From assembly GCA_963666985.2 (NCBI GenBank), contig CAXXIA010000001.1:1120001-1184000 (forward strand): 64,000 nt of DNA, in the 5' to 3' direction. Both the position numbers and the translations under genes were made by a program. The notes beneath the pieces were generated by a model that worked only from the letters and a program-made list of their open reading frames with translations, had not been told where the DNA came from and did no database searches. Each line of letters begins with the position of its first letter. Position 1 is the first letter of the stretch. Source of the DNA: Spirochaetia bacterium (GTDB lineage: Bacteria; Spirochaetota; Spirochaetia; DSM-2461). This document shows, in pieces, positions 18,685 to 29,413 of this stretch.

Positions 18685-20220
18685 TCAGTCGTCCGGGTAT
18701 CTTTTATTGATGGAAAGGATGTCCTCGAGGTGTTCCAGAAACAGATCCAGAAGCTGAGGATCGAATCTGCGGCCTCTCTGGTCTTTCATGTATTCAATAA
18801 CTTTATCGATGCTCCAGGAGTCCCTGTGGGTTCTTCCGTGACTTAAAGAATCGAAGACATCACAAATCCCGACAATGCGCGCGTCAATATGGATTTCTTC
18901 GCCTTTCAGTCCGTAAGGATATCCAGCCCCGTCAAAATGTTCATGATGCTGCAGACAGATAAGAGCGGCCTTGCGCAAAAGAGGCCGCATCGAGTTTTTA
19001 AGAAGATTATGACCGATTTCGGTATGCATTTTAATAATTTCATATTCTTCTTCACCCAGAGGTCCCGGCTTTAAAAGGATTTCGTCCGGTATTCCGATTT
19101 TTCCGACATCATGCAGAACACAGGCCAGCTTCAGATCGTGGATGGCATCCTCATTCATTCCGATTTCGCCGGCCAAGAGTTCACAGCATTCGGCCACACG
19201 GTTTACATGCTGCTCCGTATCGTGGGAACGCGTCTCGACAACACCGCCGAGGCGCGCCATTAAATCTTCCTGCGTTCCGATGATTTCCCTTTTGAGTCTG
19301 AGATTTTCAAAGGCCAGTGAAACGTTGGCCGCGAAGATATCCAGGATTTGTCTGTCTTGGAACTCTATATGTCCTGTTTCGGAGACATGAAGAAGCAGTC
19401 TGAATTTTCGGGCATCCTCGTAAAGGCTGACGGTCCCTTCCTGAATCAAGAGATTCCTCTTGTCGCGCATGAGCATTCTCATCATTTCCAGGGATGAGTC
19501 GCCGACAAGATCCTTCGGGCTTGCGTTTTCACATCCTTCAAATTTCCCTTTTCCCCGAATAACCTTAAAATCGGCTCCGTCCTGCAGCGCCACGAAAGAA
19601 GAAAGGTCGGCGGCGCCGTTCTCAAAAAGGGTCAGGAATTGATTATAGGCCTCAAGGGAAAAATCGCGCGTCGTATCGGCCCCGAAAAGCGCCGCCGATG
19701 CCCGGCTTATTCGGGAAAGACCGATTCGGTGTCTTGTCAGAATCGTCCTTTTGGCCTCAAGATTTGATAAATCGCGATAATTCCTGAGAGACGCGATAAC
19801 GGTTGTAAAAAGCTTTTGGGCCGTTAAGTCCGATTTTTCTTCGTAATCGTTAATGTCGTACTCGATAATAACCTTCTGAGAAGGCGCTTTTACCGGCTGA
19901 CCCGTTCGAAGAATAATCCGAACAAGAAAATTGCACTTTTTCTCTCTGATATAGCGAACCAGTTCCAATCCCGACTGTTCCTTCTCGATAACGACATCAA
20001 GAAGAATGACCGCTATATCATCTTCCTTATCAATTATTTCAACGGCTTCTTCGCTGCTGTATGCCGAGAAAAACTCCAAGGATCGGTTTTCATAAACAAC
20101 ATCTCGAAGAACGGTTCTTGTGATTGCATGGATTCCGGAATCATCGTCCACTATCAGGATTTTCCAGGATCCGTGCGGAAAGCTGTCTTCCGTTCGTTCG
20201 GCGAACACAAGATCGCTCAT
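18685..20220 (-). CDS. Response regulator receiver + DUF3369 + HD-GYP c-di-GMP phosphodiesterase
   Basis: ILIVDDD...ILLDVV...IILRTGQP receiver; HVNRV, HDVGKIGIPD, HHEHFDGAGYP, DVFD. Confidence 0.9.
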   Translation of the reverse strand: MSDLVFAERTEDSFPHGSWKILIVDDDSGIHAITRTVLRDVVYENRSLEFFSAYSSEEAVEIIDKEDDIAVILLDVVIEKEQSGLELVRYIREKKCNFLVRIILRTGQPVKAPSQKVIIEYDINDYEEKSDLTAQKLFTTVIASLRNYRDLSNLEAKRTILTRHRIGLSRISRASAALFGADTTRDFSLEAYNQFLTLFENGAADLSSFVALQDGADFKVIRGKGKFEGCENASPKDLVGDSSLEMMRMLMRDKRNLLIQEGTVSLYEDARKFRLLLHVSETGHIEFQDRQILDIFAANVSLAFENLRLKREIIGTQEDLMARLGGVVETRSHDTEQHVNRVAECCELLAGEIGMNEDAIHDLKLACVLHDVGKIGIPDEILLKPGPLGEEEYEIIKMHTEIGHNLLKNSMRPLLRKAALICLQHHEHFDGAGYPYGLKGEEIHIDARIVGICDVFDSLSHGRTHRDSWSIDKVIEYMKDQRGRRFDPQLLDLFLEHLEDILSINKRYPDD

Positions 20221-23200
20221 TGGGCGGGCTCCGGTTCCAGAATCATGGGTTCGATACCGTTATTCATGGTTTCGGGAAGGCACGGCAGGATTCCGGTAAA
20301 ACAGGTTCTGTTCCGTCCGCCGCCTTTCGCGGCGTAGAGAGCTTTGTCGGAGGTTTCAATTAAAGAACCTATGCCGATCTCTCCTTCCGCTTTGAGCGTC
20401 GCGGAACCGATGCTCAAAGTCAGTAATTCGGAAACGGAAGATTTTTCATGCCGGATACCGAGTTTTTCAACGGCCAGAATCAAATCGTTCGCCAGAGTAA
20501 CCGTAGCGTTGGGGTTGTCTCCGATAAATACCGCGGCGAATTCTTCTCCGCCGTAACGGGCGATAATATCCGTGGATCGCTCAAAAACCTCTCTGAGCGC
20601 TTTACCCATTCCCCGAAGAACCTCGTCTCCGCGTACATGGCCGTAATGATCGTTATAGGCCTTAAAGAAATCCACGTCCATCATGAAAAGGGTTATCATT
20701 AAATGATTCCGGTTTGCCGTCGTCAGCGCGTGATCGATGGCTTGATCGAATCCGCGGCGATTCAACAGTCCCGTCAAAGAATCGTTCATTGTTAAAAACT
20801 CAAGCTTACGGTTCGCGTCGAGCACTTTTTTCCGGGCCTCTTCAAGTTCTTTAACTTGCGTTTTAAGCAGTTGTCCTTCTCTAAGTTTAACGATTACCGC
20901 AATAAAAGTTCCAAGAATGATGATATAAATCCCGATGGCGAAGGGCGTTCTCCAAAACGTCGGCTCAACTTTGATGTCCAAAGAAATCTCTTCGCTGAAC
21001 AAACCGGAATCATTATAGGCCCGAAGAACAAAATCGTAGCGCCCGGGAGGCAATTTCGCGTACATCACCGAATCGTTTTTACCGCTGTCGATCCATTCGT
21101 CATGAAAGCCGACGAGCTTATACTGATATCCGACGCGGCTCAAATACCGCTGATCAACGGCTCCGAAACCGATACTGAACATATTCTCCGACGAAGAAAG
21201 GGAAAGAGATCCTCGTTCTTCAAGTTCCCGGCCGCCCGCCGCTTTCTTATCGAAAATCTTAAGAGCCTTAAGGTACACGCGAGGCCCCGGACAGATCGGC
21301 GGTTCGACAAAATCGTCGTATGACCAAATCTCCCCGTTTGATCCGAGCCGAACCGTTCCGGCATTTCCAATGGATATTGCGCTGATCAGCCCCGAAGGGG
21401 TAAGGCCGGAATCGCCGTCCATTGTCGCAAGGTATGTTCCGTCCGTGGAATAAAGGTGAATTTTTCGCCCGTCGACAACCCAAAGATTCCGAGATTCATC
21501 TTCAATGATACCCGTAACATTCATGGGTTGTCCGATAGGTTGTTCGACTTCGCAAAATCCTTCGTCGACTCCCTTGTATACGGCCAAACCCGTCGGTCCG
21601 CCGAACCACAGGTTATCCGAGGAATCCACAAAAAGAGCCGCGACGCCGCCTTCGGGGATGCCGTCGTTTTCGCATCCGATTGTCGGCCAGATTTTCACCA
21701 GAGCGCCTTCTTCGTTGTAAAGACGCAGCCCCTGACGCGAACCGGCCCAGACCGAGCCGTATCGATCGGCGATAAGAATCGACGGCACCGCCGAAGAGAG
21801 GGCAAAACCATAGGCTTTATACCCTCTGTTGATACAATTCAATCTGAAAAGCTCGCCGGTACGAAAGGAAATCCAGACGCATCCGTCGGCACTTTCCACC
21901 ATGGAGAGCACATACTTATCCTGAAGATCCGGCCATCCGCCCATCATCCTGTTCGGCGGTTCAAATCCGTCGACTTCAGGCAGATAAATTGCCGGACCTT
22001 TGTCGGTCCCCACCCAGATTCGGCCGGTACTGTCTTCCAGAATGGCCGTGATGCGGTCTCCGGGTATCGAAAAAATATCTCCTGAAAAATGATCGTAATG
22101 CCTTGTTTCTCCGAGCCTCGGATCAAATCGCGACAATCCTCCGATATCGCTTCCCGACCAGAGATACCCCAGACTGTCCTCCAAAAGAACTTCGACGGTT
22201 CCGCCCGAGAGTCCCGTCACACCCGATCTTCGAACGTACGTTAAATGATTTTTCTTCCTGACATCCACCGACAGAAGTCCGGCATCACCCGTGCCTATCC
22301 AGATATGCCCGTCGCTTCCGTTCAGCAATGTCGTTATCTTCGCGCTCGGAAGCTTGTATGAATGCTCCGGATCTATGTCGACCTTGGTGATGATTCCGGA
22401 TAAGGGATTAATCACGGTAATACCGTCGTAAGCCGATCCCACCCAGATATTGCCCTTCGGACCTAAGATTAAAGACGTTGCGGTTCCCGTGATTCGGTAT
22501 TCTTCAATTTTTTGGGAATCCATTCGGTATCGATAGACGCCGAATCCCGCCGTCCCGATCCAAACGGAATCGCCGAGTACCGCAAGAGAACTCGCGGCCG
22601 GAATATTCAAAACATGGGAGTATTGTTCCTCTTCGGGATTCCAAACCTTTAATCCGTCATTCGCAACCGCCCAAACCCGTCCGTCTTCGCCGATATTCAG
22701 GTCGCAGTATCCAATCGATCCTCTCATGGATACATCGACTTCGACTTCTTTGAGACGGTCCGTTCCCTCCGAAACGTAAAGGCCCTCTCGGGTCATGGCA
22801 AACACTTGCCCATCGGAATTCGATTCAATGCGGAGAAACTCGGAAACGATATTCCGCTCGTTTATGGAATGGATGGGAACAGGTCTTATCTTTTCGTCTT
22901 TTAAATCGTATCGGACGATTCCCGCAACCGTTCCGATCCAAATCTCATCGGATTTATCGACATATTCAAGAGATATAATATCATCCGCGGGAAGAGCCGG
23001 AAGAGACGATCTGTTGTAATTCTCAACATTTCGGCCGTTATAAACGATAATTCCGCTGGAGGTTCCTATCCAAAGTCTTCCGTTGTCATCTTCCGTGATA
23101 CAGGAAACGGAGGGAACCGAGAGGAAAGAAAGATTCCGCGACTCAAAATAGTAATCATCCCCATGGAGTTCCATGGAGATGCTGAAACTGAATATTACAA

Positions 23201-23240
23201 GAACGGCAATATATTTTACATGAAAGAAAATGAGTTTCAT
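20217..23240 (-). CDS. Diguanylate cyclase with periplasmic two-component beta-propeller/Y_Y_Y sensor
   Basis: Repeated EDxxGxxWxGT propeller units, YxYKL.G...W...YAKLPPGRY (Y_Y_Y), one TM, then DSLTGLLNRR, DVDFFKAYNDHYGH, RSTD I-site, GGEEF. Confidence 0.92.
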   Translation of the reverse strand: MKLIFFHVKYIAVLVIFSFSISMELHGDDYYFESRNLSFLSVPSVSCITEDDNGRLWIGTSSGIIVYNGRNVENYNRSSLPALPADDIISLEYVDKSDEIWIGTVAGIVRYDLKDEKIRPVPIHSINERNIVSEFLRIESNSDGQVFAMTREGLYVSEGTDRLKEVEVDVSMRGSIGYCDLNIGEDGRVWAVANDGLKVWNPEEEQYSHVLNIPAASSLAVLGDSVWIGTAGFGVYRYRMDSQKIEEYRITGTATSLILGPKGNIWVGSAYDGITVINPLSGIITKVDIDPEHSYKLPSAKITTLLNGSDGHIWIGTGDAGLLSVDVRKKNHLTYVRRSGVTGLSGGTVEVLLEDSLGYLWSGSDIGGLSRFDPRLGETRHYDHFSGDIFSIPGDRITAILEDSTGRIWVGTDKGPAIYLPEVDGFEPPNRMMGGWPDLQDKYVLSMVESADGCVWISFRTGELFRLNCINRGYKAYGFALSSAVPSILIADRYGSVWAGSRQGLRLYNEEGALVKIWPTIGCENDGIPEGGVAALFVDSSDNLWFGGPTGLAVYKGVDEGFCEVEQPIGQPMNVTGIIEDESRNLWVVDGRKIHLYSTDGTYLATMDGDSGLTPSGLISAISIGNAGTVRLGSNGEIWSYDDFVEPPICPGPRVYLKALKIFDKKAAGGRELEERGSLSLSSSENMFSIGFGAVDQRYLSRVGYQYKLVGFHDEWIDSGKNDSVMYAKLPPGRYDFVLRAYNDSGLFSEEISLDIKVEPTFWRTPFAIGIYIIILGTFIAVIVKLREGQLLKTQVKELEEARKKVLDANRKLEFLTMNDSLTGLLNRRGFDQAIDHALTTANRNHLMITLFMMDVDFFKAYNDHYGHVRGDEVLRGMGKALREVFERSTDIIARYGGEEFAAVFIGDNPNATVTLANDLILAVEKLGIRHEKSSVSELLTLSIGSATLKAEGEIGIGSLIETSDKALYAAKGGGRNRTCFTGILPCLPETMNNGIEPMILEPEPAQ

Positions 23241-23330
23241 CAGTTAACTTAAAACAATACCTGATAAACACCCATTCAGCCAGTCCCGGCCGAAAAGAAA
23301 GTTTCCTTTTCGGCGGCCGTCGATAATCTT

Positions 23331-24758
23331 CTATTTACTTCCGAGCCAAGTGTGTATCGCTTCGGCGGCATTCCTGCCGTGATTGATGGCCCTCACCACC
23401 AGAGAAGCTCCCGTTGCGGCATCTCCGGCGGCGAAGATTCCCTCGACATTGGTCCGATATCCGTTTGTTTTAATATTTCCGCGGGCATCCAGTTCCAAAC
23501 CGGGAGCCTCAACGGCCCGTCCGTGTTCGACATGAACGAATCCCATGGCAAGGAGTACCAAATCAACTTTAAGCGTAAACTCGCTGCCTTCCACGGGAGT
23601 CATCACCGGGCGGGCGCCCTTTTCCGCGGCGATCCATTCGATACGCTTAAAATTTCCCACGGAGACTTTCCCGTTTTTCCCTTCAAAGGAAACGGTATCG
23701 ATGTTCCAGTCGCGGTTGACTCCTTCTTTATGACTCGAAGAAGTGCGAAGAATCTGCGGCCACTCGGGCCAGACGGGATTCCACGGTTTTTCCCAAACCA
23801 GAGGTTTGGGCATGATTTCATATTGGGAAACTTCAAGAGCACCTTGTCTGCGCGCCGTTCCGACGCAGTCCGACCCGGTATCGCCCCCGCCGATAACCAG
23901 AACCCTTTTCCCTTTCGCCGAGATATCCCGTTCTTCACAGGGCTCTCCGCCGATCTTTCTATTCGACCGGCCCAAATATTCCAGAGCGAAATGAACTCCG
24001 TCCAATTCTCTTCCCGGAACCGTAAGATCACGGGGTTCTCCGGCGCCCATGGTAAAAAGCAGCGCGTCGAACTTATCGCGAAGATAACGGATCGAGATGT
24101 CCTCACCGACTGTTACGCCCGTTTCAAAGAGAACTCCCTCTTGAGCCATCTGCTCCAGCCGCCTGTCGATAACGCTCTTATCCAGTTTAAAATCGGGAAT
24201 GCCGTAGCGCAGAAGGCCTCCGATTTTTCGATTCTTTTCAAAAAGGGTTACGCGGTGGCCGAAACGGCGAAGCTGCTGCGCCGCGGCGAGTCCAGAAGGG
24301 CCCGAGCCGATGACGGCGACCGATTTCCCGCTTTCGGTTTTCGGCGGTCTGGGAATAACCCACCCCATCTCCCAAGCTTTCTCGATGATGGCCCTCTCAT
24401 TCTGCTTGATCGTTACAGGCGCATCGTTTATCGAGAGAGTACAGGAAGTTTCACAAGGCGCCGGGCAGACTCTTCCGGTGAACTCAGGAAAATTATTGGT
24501 AATTTCCAAACGTTCGTACGCCTCTTTCCACTGGCCGCGCCAAATGGAATCGTTCCATTCGGGGATAAGATTCATTACCGGACACCCGAGGTTGTGGCAG
24601 AACGGCGTTCCGCATTCCATGCAGCGCCCGCCCTGCTCGACAAGCTCCTCGATGCTTTTATCTATGGTGACTTCCTTAAAATCCTTAAGCCGTTCTTCCT
24701 TGGGCCTGTAAAGGACTTCGGTCCGCTGGTATTCCAGAAATCCGTTGGTCTTTCCCAT
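23331..24758 (-). CDS. gltD: Glutamate synthase [NADPH] small subunit
   Basis: RCMECGTPFCH..GCP, FPEFTGRVCPAPCE, IGSGPSGL, GGGDTGSDC, AAGDA..GASLVV. Confidence 0.96.
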   Translation of the reverse strand: MGKTNGFLEYQRTEVLYRPKEERLKDFKEVTIDKSIEELVEQGGRCMECGTPFCHNLGCPVMNLIPEWNDSIWRGQWKEAYERLEITNNFPEFTGRVCPAPCETSCTLSINDAPVTIKQNERAIIEKAWEMGWVIPRPPKTESGKSVAVIGSGPSGLAAAQQLRRFGHRVTLFEKNRKIGGLLRYGIPDFKLDKSVIDRRLEQMAQEGVLFETGVTVGEDISIRYLRDKFDALLFTMGAGEPRDLTVPGRELDGVHFALEYLGRSNRKIGGEPCEERDISAKGKRVLVIGGGDTGSDCVGTARRQGALEVSQYEIMPKPLVWEKPWNPVWPEWPQILRTSSSHKEGVNRDWNIDTVSFEGKNGKVSVGNFKRIEWIAAEKGARPVMTPVEGSEFTLKVDLVLLAMGFVHVEHGRAVEAPGLELDARGNIKTNGYRTNVEGIFAAGDAATGASLVVRAINHGRNAAEAIHTWLGSK

Positions 24759-27700
24759 CAGACGAAGACCTCCTCGGTAACAGATGCTGTATCCGTGTTC
24801 TGTGTTTCCTGATCACGGATTTTCTTTAAAGCCTGCTTGTACTCAATCGGCATAACCTTGACGAATCTGGGGAGGCTTTCCTCCCAGGAATCCAGGATTC
24901 GATGTCCCACGAGACTGTCGGTGTAAACGATATGCCGCTCGATAAGCGTTTTGAGAATCCGAATGTCCGCTTTTTCAATAAGAGGTTCGATATCAACCAT
25001 TTCAAGGTTGCACCGGGTGTCGAAAAGCTGATTCTCATCGTAAACGTAGGCCACCCCGCCGGACATGCCCGCCGCGAAATTCACTCCCGTAGGACCGAGC
25101 ACTACGGCGGTTCCGCCGGTCATGTACTCGCATCCGTGGTCGCCGACGCCTTCGACAACGGCCGTCGCGCCGGAATTCCGAACGCAGAAACGCTCTCCGG
25201 CCATACCGTTGATGAAGGCCTCGCCTCCGGTGGCCCCGAAAAGGTTCACGTTGCCCGTAATGATGTTCCGGAATCCTGAGAAGGTCGAACGTTCGGAAGG
25301 AAGAAGAATCAGCCGGCCGCCTGAGAGTCCTTTCCCGAAATAATCATTGGATTCCCCCATCAGACGGAAGGTGATTCCTTTCGTTAAGAAAGCGCCGAAA
25401 CTTTGACCCGCCGATCCCTCGAAATTCACCGTGATGGTATCGTCCGGCAGTCCCTTCGATCCGTGGGCTTTGGTTACATGATAGCTCAGCGTAGCGCCGA
25501 CGGTTCGGTTGCAGTTCCGTATTTTTCTCTCCAGAACGACTTTTTTCTTAGCCTCAATGGCGTCTTTGCACTCGTTCACAAGATCAGGATCCAAAGAAAG
25601 AGTGAAATCATGGTCCTGCTTTCCCGTACAGTGCAGCGGTTCTCCATCCACGCGATCGGGCGGCATCAGGATTTTGGAAAAATCCAGTCCCTTCGCCTTG
25701 TAATGATCCACCGCCGCGTCAACCTCGAGCATGTCCACGCGCCCGATCATTTCATCCATGGTGCGGAAACCCAGCTGGGCCATAATCTCCCGCACTTCCT
25801 CGGCGACATAGCGCATGAAGTTTCTCAGGTGCTCGGGCTTTCCGGAGAATCGTTTCCGTAATTCGGGATTCTGAGTGGCAACCCCAACCGGACAGGCGTT
25901 CGTATGACAAGCCCTCATCATTACGCATCCCAAGGTCACCAATGTCGTAGAACCGAAACCGTATTCTTCGGCCCCGAGAAGGGCCGCTATCGCCACATCC
26001 CTGCCGGTTTTAAGCTGACCGTCCGTTTGAACCCGGATACGGCTTCGAAGCTTATTCTGAACCAGCACCTGCTGTGTTTCGGCCAATCCGATTTCCCACC
26101 AGGAACCGGCGTATTTGATGGAACTCAAAGGACTGGCGCCGGTACCGCCGTCGCCGCCCGAAATAAGAACCATATCGGCCTTTCCCTTGGCAACTCCCGC
26201 CGCGACGGTTCCCACGCCGACTTCCGATACAAGCTTTACGGAAACACGGGCCTCGGGATTCGCGTTCTTCAGATCGAAAATCAGCTGAGAAAGGTCTTCG
26301 ATGGAATAGATATCGTGATGCGGCGGCGGACTGATGAGCATAACTCCCGGCGTGGTAAAGCGGACACGGGCGATGTCCTCGTCCACTTTATGCCCGGGAA
26401 GCTGACCGCCTTCTCCCGGCTTGGCTCCCTGCGCCATTTTGATCTGCAGTTCGTCGCAATTGGCCAAATAAGCGGCGTTCACGCCGAATCGTCCCGACGC
26501 GACCTGTTTGGTATGGCTTCTGCGATCCGATCCGTCGGCATCCGGAATATAGCGCGCCTCGTCTTCTCCGCCTTCACCCGAATTGCTCCGGGCGCCCAGG
26601 CCGTTCATGGCGATGGCGATGGTTTCATGGGCTTCTTTGCTGATGGAACCTAACGACATCGCTCCGGTTGTAAAGCGTTTGGTAATGTCCTCAACGCTTT
26701 CAACCTCTTCAATGGGAACGGATTTTCCCTTTTTGAAGCGGAAAAGGCCCCTGAGGGTGTTCAGTCCTCTGGCCCTGTCGTTAATAATCCCCGAATATTC
26801 CTTAAAGGCCGCATAATCGGCGTTGCGGACCGCTTTATGAATCGCCACGATGGCTTCGGCGCTGAACAGATGCCGATCGGCGTTCTTGCGGGATGAATAG
26901 GCTCCGCCGGAGGGGGAAACGGGCGCTGTAGACATCATCTTCGGCCCAGGCCGTGGCATGCCTGTCGCGAGCGTCTTTCTCCAGAGCCTCCAAACCCACG
27001 CCGCCGATTCGTGAGGATGTGCCCGTGAAATGGTCTTCCACGAGACGATCCGCAAGCCCCACGGCTTCGAAAATCTGTGCGCCTCTGTAGCTTCGGAGAG
27101 TCGAGATTCCCATCTTCGACATCACCTTTAAAAGTCCCTTTTTCACGGCGGTGATGTAATGTTCCATGGCATGCTGAAGACTGAGATCTTCAGGCAGATA
27201 GCCGCGGTCCCGAATTTCGGTGAGAGACTCGAAAACCAGATAGGGATTAACGCCGCTGCATCCGTAACCGATGAGTGTGGCGAAATGATGGACTTCCCGA
27301 ACCTCTCCCGATTCCAGGATTAATCCCACAAGATGACGTTTCCCGGCGCGAATAAGGTGATGATGCACGGAAGAAACGGCCAACAAAGCGGGAATGGCGA
27401 TATGGTCCTGATCCACGCCTCTGTCGGAAAGAATCACGAGAGAAGCGCCGTTGTCGATCTCGGTTTCTACGGACGCGGCCACTTCCTTTAAGGCCTTTTC
27501 CATGCTTCCTTCTTCGCTGTCCGAAGGAAAAAGGAGACTGACCGTTTGTACCGAGAAATCGTCCAGTTCGACTTCCCGGAGATATTTGATGTCGTCGTTC
27601 GTCAGCACAGGATGCGCGAGCTTCAATTGACGGCAATGCTCCGGCGTTTCTTTCAGGAGATTTCTCTCCCGTCCTATGAAGCTCATCAGGGACATCACGA

Positions 27701-29285
27701 GATTTTCCCTGTACGGATCGATAGGAGGATTGGTGACTTGCGCGAAATGCTGCCGGAAATAATCGTAAAGAAGCACGGGCCTTTCGGAGAGAACCGCCAA
27801 AGGGCTGTCGTTCCCCATGGAACCGATGGGTTCCTGACCGTTGGTGGCCATGGGAACAACGATTTTCCGGATATCCTCGAAAGAATAGCCGAAGGCTTTC
27901 ATCGTATGCCGGAGAGAATCAGGATCGTACTTGGCAACCCTGGGACTCTGAAGCAGACCCGCGAGTTCGATTTTCTCCTCGCTCAGCCATCGGCGGTAGG
28001 GCTGCCGGCGGCTGATATGGCTTTTGACTTCATTATCGCGAACGATTCTCTTTAAAAGCGTGTCGACGACAAAGATTTTTCCGGGGGCCAGGCGACCTTT
28101 TTCCAGAACATTCTCCGGTTCCACGTCGATAACGCCCGTTTCGGAAGCCATGATAACCAGCCCGTCTTTGGTAACGGTGTACCGGCCCGGCCTCAGTCCG
28201 TTGCGGTCCAAGGTGGCTCCGATTCGGGTACCGTCCGTGAAGGCCATGGCCGCCGGACCGTCCCAGGGCTCCATGATGGCCGCATGAAACTCATAGAAGG
28301 CCCGTTTATCTTCCGACATGTGATATTTCGCACCGAAGGCCTCGGGAATCATCATCATCGTGGTGTGTTCCATCTCCCGCCCGGAATGGATGAGGAGTTC
28401 GAACACATTGTCGAAAATCGCCGAATCGCTTCCTTTCGAGTCGACAATGGGAAAGAGCTTCTGCAGATCATCCCCGAACAGTTCGGAAGACAGACTGGTT
28501 TCTCGGGCGTGCATATTGTTCATGTTCCGCCGGAGAGTATTGATTTCACCGTTGTGCGCGATGTACCGGAAGGGCTGCGCCAGAGGCCAGGAAGGAAACG
28601 TATTCGTGCTGTAGCGCTGATGAACCAAAGCCAAAGCACTGACCACATCCTCATCCTGAAGATCCGGGAAAAAGGTGAGGAACTGAGGAGCCACGAACAT
28701 GCCTTTGTAGACGATAGTCCTCGAAGAGAGGGAGGTAATGTAGTATTCCTCCATCTCCAAATCGGCCGCTGAGGCGGCATTTTCCAGGCATTTGCGCAGA
28801 ACATAAAGAGACCGTTCAAGATCGGCCCCGCAAATACCCTTCTTTTTAACGAAGAACTGCCGGATGCGGGGCATGACTCTTCTGGCCAAATCACCCAGAC
28901 AATCGGGATCTACCGGAACTTCTCTCCAGCCTAAGAAATCCCATCCCTCATCCGCGCAAATCCGTTCGGTCAGAGCCACCGCTTCGGCGAGCTTGCCGCC
29001 GTCCATGGGAAGGAACGTCATCCCGACGCCGTACAAACCCTCATCGGGAAGATCGAAATCGGTAACCTTATTTAAAAAAACATGAGGAATCTGGAGCAGC
29101 ATTCCGGCACCGTCACCGGTTTTTAAATCGCCGCCTACGGCTCCGCGATGCTCCAAATTACAGAGAATTTCAACGCCCTTCTCAATGATGTCGTGCGTGG
29201 GATTCCCATTGATTCGTACGATGAAACCTATCCCGCAGGCATCATGTTCGAAGGCGGGGTCGTAGAGGCCGCGGGCCTTCCTCAT
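24758..29285 (-). pseudogene. gltB: Glutamate synthase large subunit split by a single +1 frameshift near 26912-26916 (pseudogene or sequencing error)
   Basis: The 5' ORF has EHDACG, HQRYSTNT, HNGEIN, EPWDGPA; the 3' ORF has [31 protein letters not shown]. Removing one C from TTTCCCCCT joins them into about 1508 aa. Confidence 0.9.
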
Positions 29286-29334
29286 AAGCTTTCTCCTTAC
29301 GTATCTTGAAGACGTGATCTGATTATCGTCTTTA

Positions 29335-29350
29335 CGGCAATTGGTTGCCG
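29335..29350. promoter_or_regulatory. Candidate NrpR operator at the gltB promoter
   Basis: Palindrome tttaCGGCA-attggt-TGCCGcaaa lying just downstream of the -10 box. Confidence 0.65.
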
Positions 29351-29353
29351 CAA

Positions 29354-29383
29354 AGAATAGGTGGAACCCGACATAATTGTCAA
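29354..29383 (-). promoter_or_regulatory. Putative sigma70 promoter of gltBD
   Basis: TTGACA-18 bp-TATTCT; AAGGAG RBS before the gltB ATG. Confidence 0.6.
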
Positions 29384-29413
29384 GAACCGGAGAATTAGTC
29401 TCTTCTTTGCCGT

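Noticed and set aside
23289..23314. Hairpin GCCGAAAAG...CTTTTCGGC after gltD as an intrinsic terminator
   Set aside because: No U-tract follows it on the minus strand, so termination cannot be supported.
23352..24812. Long plus-strand ORF (486 aa), and similar ones at 14256-15221, 29717-31093, 39019-40242, 41200-42300, 48021-49325 and 60749-61636
   Set aside because: Antisense shadows of well-supported genes; no motifs or translation signals, and expected from codon bias.
24758..29285. Naturally split two-subunit GltB
   Set aside because: The ORFs overlap by 221 bp with non-homologous ends and rejoin by removing one base; the second has no credible start.
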